Below, piece by piece: positions 63,457-64,000 of a DNA stretch of 64,000 nucleotides. Source of the DNA: Octopus bimaculoides (lineage: Eukaryota); NCBI RefSeq assembly GCF_001194135.2, contig NC_068987.1:46141808-46205807 (forward strand), written 5' to 3'. Position 1 is the first letter of the stretch. Each line of letters begins with the position of its first letter. Below the pieces are notes generated by a model. The model was not told the origin of the DNA and did not search any database. It was given only the letters and a program-made list of their open reading frames with translations. The position numbers and the translations under genes were made by a program.

Positions 63457-63491
<35 letters not shown>

Positions 63492-64000
63492 CATTCAGCT
63501 GTTGTGAACAATAACGTAAAGAAAATAGTAACAGTAACACAACGGCTGTTGTTAACAAACCATAACATCCACATGTCATTCACAATAATATGGAAAATAT
63601 AAGTACTCAGACCGATCAAACAACCCGCGTCTTCTAAAAGTAACATTAACGTATCCCATAAACAGGCAATGGTCAGTTGTCTATGGTGGCCTACCGTAAA
63701 CAACTATCGCCTGAAATCATAGTGGATAGTACTTACTTGAAACAATAATATCCTGAAGGTTGTAACAAAATCAGTATATGAACCAGCTGCAAAAGAATAA
63801 CATTGAGATTATTCTAAACAACTAACTCCTGCTCCTGACAAACATAGGCATATAACAACCAGCTCGAGAGTATAATAACGCAATAGAAATAACAACTACT
63901 GATTACAATAAGTGTAGATAAGAGCCAGCTCCTGATAAAACTAATGCAGAGATAACAATCTGATCTTGATAACAAGCTTCTGATTAGAGTAAGACAGTAA
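62040..64000 (+). repeat. Highly degenerate minisatellite region (motif ~CAGCTCTTGTTARCAATAACA; ~45-bp units at 62680-62890)
   Basis: Five alignable TAACAACT...CGTTGACAATAC...GAGTACAGGACTTG units plus many scattered CAGCT.TTGTT..CAATAAC copies. Confidence 0.65.

Overview
AT-rich, gap-riddled, repeat-dominated animal genomic DNA. The SINE families, microsatellite load and transposon set are most consistent with an octopus/cephalopod scaffold (inference from pattern recognition). No intact protein-coding gene can be supported; most long ORFs in the track are microsatellite or N-gap artefacts. Supported content: (i) Tc1/mariner-superfamily relics (two copies of one Tc1 family, a full-length mariner with TIRs, a maT-like fragment, Tigger/pogo remnants); (ii) non-LTR retrotransposon relics (Naiad/Chlamys-type Penelope-like RT, several R4/Dong-type RLE LINEs, a Tx1/L1-type, a CR1/L2-type, and an RTE-type with an internal inversion); (iii) about 20 copies of two tRNA-derived SINE families and a ~1 kb solo LTR; (iv) an intronless, frameshifted fragment of glucosamine-6-phosphate deaminase (GNPDA) between 45-47 bp direct repeats. 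The most interesting signal is a set of at least five type-I hammerhead-ribozyme motifs, four with palindromic stem III. One appears intact with a 101-nt stem II and one is a U3-A8 covariant. Three sit inside foldback inverted repeats and most lie next to microsatellites, suggesting Penelope-derived non-autonomous ribozyme elements. A few weak splice-site-bounded candidate exons on the minus strand hint at a host gene with very large introns.
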